Source: Squalus acanthias
Lineage: Eukaryota
Direction: 5' to 3'
Assembly (NCBI GenBank): GCA_030390025.1
Contig: JASTWF010000369.1
Coordinates: 186,001 to 250,000 of the forward strand
DNA: 64,000 nt
This document shows, piece after piece, positions 1-13,724 of the stretch. Below the pieces are notes generated by a model, which saw nothing but the letters and a program-made list of their open reading frames with translations, was not told the DNA's origin and did no database searches. The first letter of the stretch is position 1. Each line of letters starts with the position of its first letter. The translations under genes were made by a program, and so were the position numbers.

Positions 1-879
1 TAGTAATGCTGGGACACGAATTGTAGATTTAGAAAAATCAGATTATGGATTCAGGATTAATTGCAGCAGTTTTGCTGCAGGTGTGCTGAGGTGTGACAGG
101 ACAAAGTGATGACAACGCGTTCTGCAGCGCTGTGGTAGCGGTTGTGAGGTTAATTGACACTGGGGGGACGGTGCTTGAGCTAAAATCGAACAGGGAATGG
201 TTTATTCGGAGAATTGGTCCATGCACAATCCTTTCCTTTGGCAGTACCGCAGAGGTAGAACCGGAGTCTTGCAGAAGTAGTGAGAAGAATCTGTTTTCTA
301 GCGAGGGACCAATCGGAAGTGTATGACACCATTGGTGGGAGTGGGAGAATCCCAGGATCAGACAACATTTCGGTGGATGGCCATGAATGTGAAATTAACT
401 TCCTCAGAAATCTCTCTGTAGATTCTGAAGTCAGCGATTTCTCATTTGTTCTTTGAAAATTAATACAGGGTTTCAGTCTTTAACAACATCTGACTGCTTT
501 AACAGACAAACGTTCAATAAATTCATAAGCGCTCACCGGATCATTTTATATCAAAGATTCAATAAAACTGTTAAAATATTTTATACTGATGGCTTGTGAA
601 TATTGGGATGCCGAAGTGGCAAAAACTCAACGTAAATTATCGAATGTTTATTTTAAAAATACAACTGTACACACAATCGTCAGGTAAACATACTAAACTG
701 AACAAAGTGAAACAACTCAGCGAGTAATTGCTTTAAACAGGGAATTTCCTCTGAGTCAGATTTAATTATAACATAATGAAGGAAGTCGAAATGATCTTTC
801 TGGTAAATTAACTTCAAATATGTTTTTAAATTGATTTTGTTTCAGCATAATTTGAAAAAATGGATTCAATATACTCAAG

Positions 880-1370
880 TGAATAAACAATTCAACAAAT
901 ATTGAACTAACTTGCAGACTCGGCAGTTACTGGCAAATTAACTTTAACATAAATAATTGTGAGGTAATGAACTTTGGTAGGAAAAGTATAAACATCCACT
1001 AAACCTAAAAAAAAAGAAACTGAATGGAGTAAAAAAGCAAATGGAAACCAGGGATACAGGTGCACACGTCATTTATAGCTGCATCGCAGGTCACCAAAGC
1101 AATTAAAATGCTAACAAAGTACCGGGATGAATTGACAGGAGTATAGAATTCAAAAGTAATGAAGTTATGTTAATTTTTTATAGGACCGTGGTCAGGTCGC
1201 ACTTTGCTCAGTTTTGGGTTTCATACTATAAAAAAGGGCATCGAAGCACTGGAGAAAGTGCAAAATGTATTTACAAGGCTAGTACCAGCATAGAGCGATT
1301 GCAGCTATCTTAAGAACGAATAGTTTGTCGCCATGCTTAATTAGAAAAGAGAAGAATTGTAGGTAACCTG
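880..1370 (+). mobile_element. Old, degenerate CR1 LINE ORF2 3' fragment
   Basis: Degenerate translation WQINFNINNCEVMNFGRK and later YKKGIEALEKVQ, typical of the CR1 post-RT region; many stops and frameshifts; boundaries approximate. Confidence 0.6.
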
Positions 1371-1374
1371 AGAG

Positions 1375-4075
1375 ATAAGAATATAAGAATATAAGAAATA
1401 AGAGAGCATAAGAAATAAGAGCAGGAGTAGGCCATACGGCCCCTCGAGCCTGCTCCGCCATTCAAAAAGATCATGGCTGATCATCGCCCTCAACTCCACT
1501 TTCCCACCCGATCTCCATATCCTTGATTCCCCTAGAGTGCAAAAATCTATCTATCTCAGCCTTGACTATACTCAAAGACTCAGCGTTCACAGCCCTCTGC
1601 TGCAGATAATTCCAAAGATTCACAACCCTCCTCATCTCGGTCTTAAATGGGCTAACCCTTATCCTGAGACTATGCCCCATAGTTCTAGACACTCCAGCCA
1701 GGGGAAGCAACTTCTCAGCATCTACCCTGTCAATCCCCTTAAAAATCTTGTATGTATCAATGAGATCACCACTGATTCGTCCAAACTCCAGAGAGTATAG
1801 GCACATTCTACACAATCTTTCGTCATAGGACAGCTCTCTCATCAGAGGAATCAATCTAGTGAACCTTCGTTGCACTGCCTCCAAGGCAAGTATATTCTTC
1901 CTTAGATAAGGAGACCAAAAATGTGCACAGTACTCCAGTTGTGGTCTCACCAAGGCCCTGTACTATTGTAGCATGACTTCCTTACTCTTATACTCCAACC
2001 ACCTTGCAATAGAGGCCAGCATGCCATTTGCATTACTTATTGCTTGATGTACCTGCATGCTAGCTTTCTGTGTTTCTTGCATGAGGACATCAAAATCTCT
2101 CTGAACATCAACATTTGAAAGTTTCTCATCATTTAAAAAATATTGTGTCTTTCTATTCTTCCTATCAAAGTAAATAACGGCACATTTCCCTACATTATAA
2201 TTCTACTACCACCTTCCTGCCCACTCTCTTAGTCTATCTATATCCATTAGACTCGTTGTGTTCTCCTCATAGGTTACTGTCCCACCTCGCATTGTATCAT
2301 CAGCAACTTGGATAAATTACACTCGGTCCATTCATCTAGGTCATTAATATATATTGTAAATATCTGTGGCCCAAACACTGATCCTTGCGGCACCCCACTA
2401 TTTACAGCCTGCCAACCTGAAAAATATCCGTTTATCCCCACTCTCTGTTTTCTGTCCGTTAACCAATCCTCTATCCAAGCTACTATATTACCCCCAAACC
2501 CATGAGACCTAATCTTGTGTAATAACCTTTTATGTGGCAACTTATCGAATGCCTTTTGGAAATCCAAATATACTACATCCACTGGTTCCCCTTTATCTAC
2601 CGTCCTAGTTACATCCTCAAAAATCTCTAATCAATGTGTCAAACACGATTTCCCTTTCATAAAACAATCTTGACTCTGCCTAATCATGTTATGAATTTCT
2701 GATTGCCCTGATACCATTTCCTTAACAATGGATTCCAGCATTTTCCCGACGACTGATGTCAGGCTAACTGGCCTGTAGTTCCCTGTTTTTTACTCTCCCT
2801 CATTTCTTAAATAGCGGTGTTACATTTGCGACCTTCCAATCCGCTGGGACGGTTCTAGAATCTAGGGAACTTTGGAAGATCAAAACCAATGCATCCGCTA
2901 TCTCTTCAGCCACCACTTTTAGAACCCTAGGATGTAGGCCGTCAGTTCCAGGGATTTATCGGCTTTTATTCCCATTAGTATCTCTAATACTTTTTCTCCA
3001 CTTATAGTAATAACATTAAGTTCCTCATTCTCATTCGACCATTGGTTCAACACCATTTTTGGTATGCTTTTTGTGTCTTCTATTTTGAAGACAGATACAA
3101 AATATTTGTTTAAAGTGTCTGCAAGTTCCTTATTCCCCAGAATAATTTCTCCTGTCTCAGTCTCTAAGGGATCAACGTTTAATTTTGTTACTCTCTTCAT
3201 TTTCCCATACTTTTAGAAGCTCTTACAATTTGCTTTCATATTACTTGCTAGTTTTCTTTCATATTCTATTTTTTTCCCTTTCTATCAATTTTTTGGGCAA
3301 CCTTTGCTGGTTTCTGAAACTCTCCCAATCCTCAGGCTTACTATTCTTCTTTGCAACATTATAAGCTTCTTCTTTCAATCTAACGCAATCTTTTACTTCT
3401 TCAGTTAGCCACGGTTGGATCACTTTTCCCGTGGAGTTTTTGTTTCGCAAAAGCTCCCTCCCCTGCAAGATTATTGCATTACGTTTGTTGCAAGCTCCTG
3501 CAATTAATTGATTAATATTCTGTCCAAAGGTATTGCTACTGTTAGGCGGCCTATATAGTACTCCTACCAGTGCTTTCTGCCCCTTGATATTCCTTATCTC
3601 CAAACATACTGATTCTACTTCCTGATCTTCTGAACCGAGATCCTTTCTCGCTACTGTCCTTATTTCATCCTTTATTATCACGGCTACACCCGCTCCTTTT
3701 CCATTCTGACTCGGTTTTCGAAACGTCAAGTACCCTGGAACATTTAGTTCCCAGCCTTAGCCACCTTGCAACCACGTCACTGTAATGGCTACTAGATCAA
3801 ACCCATTTATCTCTATTTGTGCCATTAGCTCGTCTATTTTGTTACGAATGCTTCGTGCATTCAGATTAAAAGCCTTTAATATTTTTTTTTACCATTATAC
3901 CCTGCTTTGACCTTATTCTCGGCTGCAGTGCTACCGTTAAACTCTCTGTCTCTTCCTGTCACGCTTAAAATCGCTACACTGCTCTATTGCCTTGACCTTT
4001 CTCTTTAGATTTCTAAATTTCACCTCAGCTGACGTTCCCCCCTCCTTGTGTTTGTTTCAAACCCTATCTACAGCC
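1375..4075 (-). mobile_element. CR1 LINE, 5'-truncated and disrupted (EN to RT to 3' UTR and microsatellite tail)
   Basis: ORF pieces [17 protein letters not shown]...[10 protein letters not shown] (RT), MVRPQLEYCAHFWSP, VGVLYRPP (APE endonuclease); ATAAGAA-type tail at 1375-1420. Confidence 0.9.
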
Positions 4076-4089
4076 CCAGTTATTCGATT

Positions 4090-7000
4090 CGCCAGGACTC
4101 GCATCTTAACTTTCGACCAATTACTTTAAATCTATGCTCCCTGGTTATTGAACCTTCTGCTAATGGAAATAGGTCCTTCCTATCTAGGCCCCTCAACGGT
4201 ACCACATTAGCAGTCCTACAGCCCTCTGGCACCACACTTGCAGCCAGTGAGGATTGGAAACATAAGAACACAAGAACATAAGAAATAGGAGCAGGAATAG
4301 GCCACTTCGCCCCTCGAGCCTGCTCCACCTTTCAAAAAGATCATGGTTGATCATGGACTCTAAGCCACGTCCCTGCGCGCTCCCCATAACCCTTCAGTGC
4401 ACTTTTCTTGCAAAAATCTGTCCATCTCCACATTAAATGTGTTTAATAACGCAGCCACCACGGCTCTCTGGGGCAGATAATTCCCCAGACTTACGACCCT
4501 TTGAGAGAAGAAATTCCTCCTCATCTCAGTTCTAAAAGGTGGACGCTTTATTCTGAAACTATGACTCAGTGTTCTAGATTTCCCCACGAGTGGAAACATC
4601 CTCTCTGCATCTAACTTGTCGAGCCCCCTCAGTATCTTATATGTTTCAATAATATAACCTCTCAATCTTCTAAATTTCAATGAGTATAGGTCGAGCGTGC
4701 TCAACTTTTCTTCATAAGTCAACCCCCTCATCGCTGGAATTAACCTAGTGAATCGTCTCTGAACTGCCTCCAATGCAATTATTTCCTTCCTTAAATAAGG
4801 AGACCAAAACTGTACGCAGTACTCAAGGTGTCGTCTCACCAATACCCTGTACAGTTGTAGCAGGACTTCCCTGCTTTTATACTTCAACCCCAACCCCAAA
4901 ATGACGGTCACAGCCTCTGCTATTTCCTCTCTTACTTCTCTTAACTGGCTGGGATGCATTTTATCCGGGCCTGGGGATTTATCCACTTTCAAAAATGCTA
5001 AAATACTTAATTTTTCCGTTTTCACTATGTTTATTTCATTAAATATTTCACACTCCTCCTACCTGATTGCATTGTTTGCACCGTCCCTCTATTTTGTGAA
5101 AACAGACGCAAAGTATTCAGTAACTACCATACCCGTGTCTACCGCTTCTATGCAAAGGTTACCTTTATGGTCCCTAATAGGCCCTACTCTTACTTTAGTT
5201 ATCCTGCTCCTCTTAATATATTTATAAAACATCTTTGGGTTTTCCTTGAGTTTACTTGCCAATTTTTTTACATGCCCGCTCTTTGCTTTCCTAATTTCCT
5301 TGCTGATGTCATCCCTGCACTTTCAATATTCTTCTCGGCTTTCTGCAGTATTGAATTCTCAGTATCTGTCACAAGTTTCCCTTTTTTTTGTCCATCCCTG
5401 TATGCCCCTTGACCTCCCGAGAGCTCTAGATTTGTTAGTCCCAACCTTTTTCTTTAATGGAACATACTTGCTCTGACCCCTCACTATCTCCTCCTTGAAT
5501 GTATCCCACTGCTTCGACACTGATTTACCTTCAAGTTTTTGTCTCCAGTCCACTTTTGCTCTAAGTTTACTAAAATTAGCATTTCCCCGATTGAGATCTT
5601 TTATTCCTGGTCCATCCTTTTCCTTTTCAGTTACTACCCTACATTTAACTGAATTATGATCACGACCACCAATATGCTCTCCTACTGATACCCTTTCTAA
5701 GAAAGTTATCCTGAATGCAGCTAAAACATTCTGCTCCCTCTCTACCTTTCACGCTAATTTTATCCCAGTTAATATTAGGGATGTTGAAATCTCCTACTGT
5801 TACTGCCCTATTTTTGCATGTCTCAAAAATATGCCTACATATTTCCTCTTCTATCTCCCTCTGACTGTACGGAGGTTTATAGTAAACTCCGAGCAGTGTG
5901 ATTGCCCTTTGTTTGTTTTATAGTTCAACTCATATGCCATCATTTGATGATCCTTCACAGATATCCTCCTTTTTCACAGTTGTAATTGATTCTTGAATCA
6001 ATAATGCGACCCCGCCCCCCACCTATTTCATCCCCCTCTCTATCTCGTCTGAAAAACCTGGAACCAGGAATGTTGAGCTGCCATTCCTGCCCTTCTTTCA
6101 GCCATGTCTCAGTAATAGCTACAGTATCACACTCCCACGTGTCTATCTGTGCCCTCAGCTCATCTGATTTATTTCCTGGACTCTTTGCGCTGAAGTATGT
6201 ACCATTTACCCTAACTCCCTTGTTGTCTAATTTCTAGCCTTTGTTTCCTCTGCCTACCAAACTCGTTTACTAATTTTCTGCCTTCCATTTCCAGCTTTGC
6301 TTCTCTCCCTTTTGAATCCACTCTCAGGTTCCCATCCCCTGCCAATCTAGTTTAAACCCTCCCCAACAGCACTAACAACCCCCGCCGCGACAATATTGAT
6401 ACCGGTCCTGTTGAGGTGCAAATCGTCCGGCTTGTACAGGTCCAACCACCCTCAGAAACGGTCCCAATATCTCCGGAATCTAAAGTCCTCCCTCCTGCAC
6501 CATCTCACCAGACACGCATTCATCTGCTCTATCCTCCTGTTTCTGTACTCACTAGCTTGTGGCACAGGCAGTAATGCGGGGTTAGCTAGCTTTGAGGTCC
6601 TGCTTTTTCATCTCTTTCCTAGCTCCTTAAAATCTGCCTGAAGGACCTCATCCCTCGTTCTACCTATGTCGTTGGTACCGATGTGGACCATGACATCTGG
6701 CTGTTCACACTTTCTCCTCAGAATGTCCTGCAGCCGTTCAGTGGCATCTTTGACCCTGGCACCAGGGAGGCAACATACCGTCCTGGAATCACGTCTACGG
6801 CTGCAGAAACGCCTATCTATTCCTCTAACTATCGAATCCCCTGCCACTAATTCTCTTCCACCTGTGCAGCTGAGCCACCCTTGGTACCGTGGAATTGGCT
6901 CTTGCTGCACTCCCAAGAGGAACCATTTCCCTCCCCAGTATCCAGAACTGAATACTGGTTAGGGAGGGAGATGCACTCACAGGACTACTGCACTACCTGC

Positions 7001-7370
7001 ATGGTTCTCCTCTTCTGTCTGGTGGTCACCCTTTCCCTCTTTGCCTGCACACTCTTAAGCTGTGGGCTTACCACCTCCAGAAACATGCTATCCATGTAAC
7101 CATCAGCCTCGCGGATGCACTGCAGTGACTCTAGCTGCCGACCAAGCTCCGAAACCCGGAGCTCAAGCTGCTGTAGCTGGCGACACTTCCTGCACACGTG
7201 GTCATCCAAGCCACGAGAAGCGTCAAGGATTTACCACATGGCACAGGATGTGCAAATCACGGGACTGAGCTTCCATGCCATTCCTCTATATAATATACTA
7301 TGAACTATCTTGACAAAATTAAACTTAAAATCTTAACAAAAACAGTCACCAGCTACTCACCAATCAGCTC
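4090..7370 (-). mobile_element. CR1 LINE with ORF1 (zinc finger/coiled coil and SGNH esterase) and partial ORF2, internally deleted
   Basis: CRKCRQLQQLELRV (6985-7209), VAGDSIVRG...CLPGA...HIGTND (6608-6916), KSPGPD; ORF2 EIAEAVTVI (~4905) resumes as FQSSLAASVVPEGCRTANVVPL at ~4260 across a nested insertion. Confidence 0.85.
4258..4895 (-). mobile_element. 5'-truncated CR1 copy nested inside the previous CR1
   Basis: Own tail (aaacataagaacacaagaacataagaa) and 3' UTR; LYRVLVRRHLEYCVQFWSP...RRNFFSQRVV; splits the host CR1 reading frame. Confidence 0.8.
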
Positions 7371-7619
7371 TCTCCCTCTATTAATAGGCTATGAACTACT
7401 TAGCAGAAATACACTTAAAACTTAACTAAAAACTTTACAGAACAGATGTGGAGCGAATTTTTCCAATTATGGGAGTGATTAAATAACAAATGACATGATT
7501 GTACAAAGCAAATGTAGATCTTAATGGGAAAAGTAAAGAAACAAAAAATGGGTCTAGAAGAGGTGTACATGTGAATTGCAAAATCATCAACAGTGGCCAA
7601 CTGAAACAATAGGGGCAGA

Positions 7620-9030
7620 TGTTACGGACTGAAATTGTTGAACTCGAGGTTGAGTCCAGAATAATGTAAAATGCGTAGTCGAAAAATGAGGTGTTGTTCC
7701 TCGATCTTACGTTGAGCTTCGTTGGAACAGACTAAGAGGACGAGAACAGAGAGGTCAGATTGGGAGTGGAGTGGAGAATTAAAGTGACAGGCGACCGAAA
7801 GGTCGGGTCACGCTTGCAGTCTGAACGGAGGTGTTCCACAAAGCGTTCATCCAATCTGCATTTCGTCTCCCAGTGTAGAGGAGACCACATCATGAGCAGC
7901 GAATACAGTATACTAAATTGCAAGAAATACAAGTAAATCGCTATTTCACCTGGAAGGAGAGTTTGGGGCCCTGGACGGTGGGAAGGGAGAAGGTATAAGG
8001 GCAGGTTTTGCATCTCCTGAGCTTGCATGGGAAGGTTTCGTGGGAAAAGGAGGGGCTTTTGGGGGTGGTTTTGGAGTGGGTCAGGGCGTAGCAGAGGAAG
8101 TGGTCCCTTTGTAATGTTGAAAGGCGTAGGAGGGGAAGATGTTATTGATGGTGGGATCACGCTGGACGTGGCAGAAACGGCAGAGGATGATCCATTGATG
8201 GGGTGAAAGGTGAGGACATGAGAATCTCTATCGTGCTTCTGGGAGGGTTGTGAATGGATGAGTGCAGAACTGCAGGAAATAGAATACACATGGTCCAGGG
8301 CCATGTCATCCATATCAGAGGGAATCCTCATTTGACGAAAAGGGAAGACATATCGGTAGCGCGAGTACGGAAGGTAGCATCGTCAGAACAGATGCGACAG
8401 AGACAGAAACACATGGTGAATGGGAGACAGTCCATAAAGGAGCGGGGTGCGAGGAAGTGTGGTCCAGGTAGCTGTGGGAGTCAGTAAACTCACAACGGAT
8501 GTCTGTTGATAGCCTATCCCCAGAAATGGAAACAGAGAAGTCGAGGAAGGGAAGGGACGAGTTGGAGATGGACCATGTGAAGGTGGGGGAAGGGTGGAAA
8601 TTGGAAGCAACGAGAATTACATTTTCCAGTCCAGGGCGTGAGCAGGAAATGGCACAGATTAAGTCATCAATTTACCGGATAAAGAGGTGAGGGAGGGGAC
8701 CTGAGCAGGATTGGCACAAAGAATGTTCCACATATCTGACGAAATGGCGTGCATAGCTAGGACCCTTTTGTCCTTTAATCCCTTCTGCCTTCCATCCTAA
8801 CACAGACATTCCCTTTTGTTCTTTCTTCCCATCCCCACTTTACCTGCCCCTACACTTCCTTAAAAATCTGTTACAACTCTAACTTTTTCCAGTTCTGTCT
8901 AAGGGTCATCGACCTGAAACGTTAACTCTGTCTCTCTCTCTACAGATGCTGCCTGACCTGATTAGTATATCCAGCATTTTCTGTTTTCTCTTATAGCTAG
9001 GACACATGCGGGCTCCCATAGCAACACTTT
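7620..9030 (-). mobile_element. Penelope-like element (RT and GIY-YIG endonuclease), degenerate; contains an oppositely oriented PLE terminal segment at ~8770-8995
   Basis: VAMGARMCPSY (RT motif B-like) at ~9020; ETKCRLDERFVEH (GIY-YIG helix) at ~7850; terminal segment gtcatcgacctgaaacgttaac. Confidence 0.75.
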
Positions 9031-9039
9031 TTATTTTTA

Positions 9040-9250
9040 GGATTGACGATGTGATAATGTGGAACTCGCTACCACAGGAAGTGGTTGACACAAATATCTA
9101 GGCAGCTTTCAAAAGGATTACAGGAGAGAAAAGGGAATATGCTGAAAGACTGAGATGAGATAGATAGAATGGGAACAACTCGTGTGGAGTACAAACACCA
9201 GAACAGGCTAGTTGTGCTGGATGGCAAGTTTCTCTGCTGTATATTCAATG
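9040..9250 (+). mobile_element. Old CR1 3' end fragment
   Basis: MWNSLPQEVV-like coding end followed by a degenerate CR1 3' UTR. Confidence 0.5.
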
Positions 9251-9916
9251 TAATATACATATCCCGCCAGGCGGTAAACTGACGGATCGATCGAGCACCA
9301 GTTTTACACCCCACACAATTTTACTTACATAGGGTGTGAATGGCCGGCAGATCCTATCACCTCAGTTCGCCTACGGAGAGGATAGATTAAAATTCACGAC
9401 GTATTTTTTTAAATAAATTGGGATGGGAGGAGATACTAAGCTGGTACAATCACTCCATTGGACCTTATCAATTATTTCATCATTTCCACTATTATGCAAG
9501 AATTTGGGAATAACAAGTAACAGGTGCTGAAATACAAGCTTTTCCCGGAGTAAGAACTAAGTTAACATTGGACCCATAACTATTGTTTAGCAGTCAATAC
9601 ACCGTTAAACCCCAGTTACACATAATCCCTTTGGGTTTAACTTTTAGTGGGGAATTTAAGAGCATAATTACTGCAGAAGAGACAAAGGATGTGTTACTTT
9701 CCCTGATTTGAGAGATAACACTGATGGGTTGGGGGGTGGGTTGGGGTGGGGGTGGTGGTGGTGGGCACAGCGCAGCCTGTGGCGGAGGAGTGAAAGACAA
9801 ACCACAACTTCAGGATTTTCACACGGCCAAATCCCGAAATTCCGGTCAGTTGCAAAGGCGGAATGATGGCGAACACTGCCAGTTCACCATCATCAGGACC
9901 ACAAATTCCCGGCAAC

Positions 9917-10240
9917 TGTAATGAAACTGATTCCTCATAGATATTTAACGTAAATTTTGTAATGAACCTGATTCCCATATAGTTATTTAATATAAATATT
10001 GTAATGAAACAGATTCCCTTATAGTTATTTAATTTAAATAATGTAATGAACTTTATTCCCTATTTTTATTTAATGTAAAATATTTACATTCATTAACTAT
10101 ATGTAAATCAGTGCCATTATAATAATTCAATTAAGTAGCTTTATGGGAATCCGTTTCATTATAATATATACTTTCCATAACTATATGATGATCAGTTTTA
10201 TTACAATAGTTAAGTTGAATAACTTTATGGGAATCACACA
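9917..10240. repeat. AT-rich ~41-42 bp repeat: direct copies followed by inverted copies
   Basis: tgtaatgaa.c.gattccc.tatagttatttaa occurs about 4 times (9917-10075); reverse-complement versions (tatgggaatccgtttcatta, tatgggaatc) at 10140-10236. Confidence 0.6.
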
Positions 10241-10274
10241 ATACCGTTATTCCAGGATTTCAATCACCCTATGA

Positions 10275-11030
10275 GATGATGTGGAGATGCCGGTGTTGGA
10301 CTGGGGTGGACAAATGTGAGAAGTCGCACAACACCAGGTTTTAGTCCAACAGCTTTATTTGAAATCACAAGCTTTCGGAGCGCTGCTCCTTCGTCAGGTG
10401 AAGTGAAGAGATGCCTATAGTCACAGCATATATAGTCAGAGAACAATGCCAGATGATTACAGTTAATCTTTCCAACTGCCCTTTATCACACCTCGGCAGA
10501 GAGATAATCACGACAATCACAGGTGTGGATGGTGTCCAAACAGGTCAGTCAGAAAAACATTACATCAAAGACAATGTGGCAGATGCTGGGGTCTGTCTGG
10601 AAAACAAAAAACTTTTTTTGCTGGAAATCACAGCAGGTCCGACCGCACCTGTGTAGAGAGAACAAGATAACGACGACTCGAGTCTGTATGACTCTACATC
10701 AGGTGGGGTTACATGTAGCGTGACATGAACCCAAGATCCCGGTTGAGGCCGACCTCATGGGTGCGGAACTTGGCTATCAGTTTCTGCTCGACGATTTTGC
10801 GTTGTCGTGTGTCTCGAACGCCACCTTGGAGAACGCTTACCGGAAGACCGGAGGCTGAAAGTCCTTGAATGCTGAAGTGTTCCCCGACTGGGAGGGAACA
10901 CTCCTGCCTGGCGATTATTGTGCGGTGTCCGTTCAGACGTTGTCGCAGTGTCTGCATGGTCTCGCCGATGTACCATGCTCCGGGGCATCCTTTCCTGCAA
11001 CGTATTCGATAGCCTGGCCACTACCAGACA
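10275..11030 (-). mobile_element. Penelope-like element 3' part (GIY-YIG C-terminus and terminal repeat)
   Basis: CRKGCPGAWYIGET-MQTLRQRLNGHR...PVGEHFS...EQKLIAKFRTHEVGLNRD; 3' region carries a hammerhead motif. Confidence 0.85.
10365..10401 (-). ncRNA. Minimal hammerhead ribozyme motif (PLE type)
   Basis: Minus strand: ucac CUGACGA A GGAGC-agc-GCUCC GAAA GCUU guga; core boxes, stem II, palindromic AGCU helix III, ucac/guga helix I. Confidence 0.7.
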
Positions 11031-11394
11031 TTGGGGCCATGCAGGAGGAGATGAGAAAAGAACTCTGATCTTTCGATAAGATAATTTAAAAGCCCAAGAA
11101 TGGCTTGTATCGAATGTCAAGTGTGGTATGATATTTGGATACCGTGTGTGTGCAAATTTGATACATTACGCATCAGGCAACAAGCATGCGGTAATGCAAG
11201 ATGAAGCTGCACGGAAGAACGGGTCTCAGACATGCTCAGTTACTTGACAACATGAAATGGTTAATGTAGCTCAGGAGCATAATAATCTTTTAAATAAAAA
11301 TACACTGACATAAGCTCATTAGCGAAACTAACGTTTTAATAAAGCAATATAGCGTTAACTGCTAAGGTACCTATCATAGGGAAGAAAACAACAA

Positions 11395-11961
11395 CACCGA
11401 AAAAACAGCAGCTGTGGTGATAGCAATGGTGTGTTTCTTAAGCGTGTTAGAAAATGTTCCAATCTACTTTATATTTGAACCTCGGGATATAATTGACAAT
11501 GTACCATGGTCCTGCTGTGTAAAATCTAGCTTCTACACCTCCCTCATATGGGTAGCATTTTTGTGATTGGAAGCAATTTTAATCCCATTTGCACCATTTG
11601 TGTTGATCGTGCTGCTCAATGCCCTGACAATCAGAAATATTGTACTGGCCATAGAGTGAGGAGCGGTCTCCGAGGAAACAACAATGTTCAGAATCACACT
11701 GATCCAGTGATGGAGAACCGAAGGAAATCCATCATTTTACTGCTCGCTATATATGGCAATTTTATACTGTTATGGATGGTAAATTTCATAGTTTTCATAT
11801 ATGTGCAATTTACAGATACTCAGTCTTTAGAAGCAGATTACAACGTCTCTTTCACGATTGCGGAACAATCCGGGTATATGCTGAGGTGTTTCAGTTCTTG
11901 CACAAACACGTTTATTTATGCAGTGTCCCAGAGTTATTTCAGAGATGAAAGAAGAGTGTGA
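11395..11961 (+). pseudogene. GPR139/GPR142-like class A GPCR pseudogene fragment (about TM4-TM7)
   Basis: TEKTAAVVIAMVCFLSVLENVPIYF...PFAPFVLIVLLNALTIRNI then (frameshift) DPVMENRRKSIILLLAI..NFILLW...SSCTNTFIYAVSQSYFR; internal stop at ~11564; TM1-3 not seen upstream. Confidence 0.75.
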
Positions 11962-12832
11962 TTAAACATCCACTGGCTCTCATGAATAATTTAATCAAAT
12001 AAGTTAAATGGCTTAACAGAACTAAAATGTAATTACATCCATCGGAAGCGACCAGAAGTTGATCAATTGGCATCTACAAACAGGAATCACTAAAGGAAAT
12101 GGAAGCCGCAAACTGTTCCCCATATTCGATGTCATGTTGTAGGAGATCAAAGATTCTTGGGGTATTATTAACTTTTGCCGGTAGTGTTAGTCAGGCGATA
12201 TCGGAACGCAACAAACACATAACAATGTTTCATATCCAAAATAAAATGAATTAGACAAAAATATACGTTGTTTTAACTGATCTAAACCCAACACTGCTTT
12301 CCTTAACGCATCCCACAACACTTAGTCCCGTCAGTAATACATGCTGTACCAGCCAGCTATTCTCATCAACAGATTAATTTTGTAAATGACCCCACTGTCG
12401 TTTGATTCTTACACTGAATAGGTTCTGCCAGACCTGCCCTTTTGTTCCCAAGTTGCGAATTTACAACTTGTGTTCACAGTTTATATGAACGATTTAGACA
12501 TTTGGATCATAAACACAATTTCTAAATTTGCAGAGGGCACCAAATTGAGGGTGGGGGGATAGCCAACACTGTGGGGGACTGCAAAAAATTACAAAAAGTC
12601 ATTAAACAACTTGCAGAATTGTCATTCAATTGGCAAGTTAATTTTAACATAGGTATTTGTGAGAACATAAGAACTTAAGAACATAAGAAATAAGAGCAGG
12701 AGTAGGCCATACGGCTCTCGAGCCTGCTCTGCCATTCAGTAAGATCATGGCTGATCATCCACCTCGACTCCACTTTCCCCGCCCCCCCCCCGATCTCCAT
12801 ATCACTTGATTCCCCCGAGTCCAAAAGTCTAT

Positions 12833-13724
12833 GGGGGAGAAATTCAGTATCGCACCATTTGGGGCGCAATTATCGGCCGGGCGCAAAGATTAGCGCCTGG
12901 CGCTAATTATCGCCACCGACTGCAAACTTGACTTTTATCGCCCCTGGAGGTGATTGCAGCGCTAAATCAGGCACTTCACACCTGTCTTAAGGCGCAATGG
13001 CCGAGGAGCGAGGCGCTACCTCAGAGCGCTGGCGAAGCTCATGTAATGTCAGTCAGCAATGGAACACACACACAATGGCACGGGCCAGTTCTTAAAGGGG
13101 ATGGTTAATCTTGCTTTCCATCCACATCCTGCTCATTGCAGCCTTGAATCTCGGCCTGGAGAGACCTGCACATCAAATCTGCTGGAAAGAACAATGGAGA
13201 GTACCAGGCAAAGAGCTCAGAGTGCAGCCCCCACAATCTCTGCTAAATCGATACAAGGAATGGCAAATCAAAATGAACCTGCAAAGTGCTGCTCAGTACC
13301 CAAAACTCCTTCACACAACGTTGAATCTCTCCAGAAGTCTCTCCTTCTCTCTCTCAGAATGCGTAGTTCAAAAATGGCACCAACAATAAAAGGCAGGAAG
13401 CGGTCACCTTTAAATAGCGCTCCCCCTTTCCCTTCATGACTGCAGAACGCCCCCCTCAACCTGTCGTTGCTAGCGTCAGGCGGTAAGGCAGGGGGCGCCA
13501 CTCAATATCCGCTCCGGGGCGATACTGGGGCGTTGCGCACTCGAGTGACGTCATGATCTGCCGGCGCAGGAGATCGTGGCGGTAGTGTTTAGCGCCGCCG
13601 CAAAAGGTCTAGTTAATTTTGCAAGCGGCGCAAACTTCACCGCGCCTGGGCGCTAGCTGCTTTGTGCCCCATTAGCGCCCTCTTAAGGCACTAACGGAGG
13701 CGCAACCAACTGAATTTTTCCCCC
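12833..13724 (+). mobile_element. Non-autonomous PIF/Harbinger deletion derivative (892 bp)
   Basis: TIRs GGGGGAGAAATT / AATTTTTCCCCC, 3-bp TSD TAT; both ends similar to the adjacent 4.2-kb element; interior joins the Myb start (MESTRQRAQ) to the reversed transposase start. Confidence 0.9.

Noticed and set aside
1..370. Short ORFs at the window start, possibly a LINE relic
   Set aside because: Only vague resemblance; no diagnostic motif to support a call.
4360..5025. 221-aa ORF as a single protein
   Set aside because: Chance in-frame junction between two nested CR1 copies.
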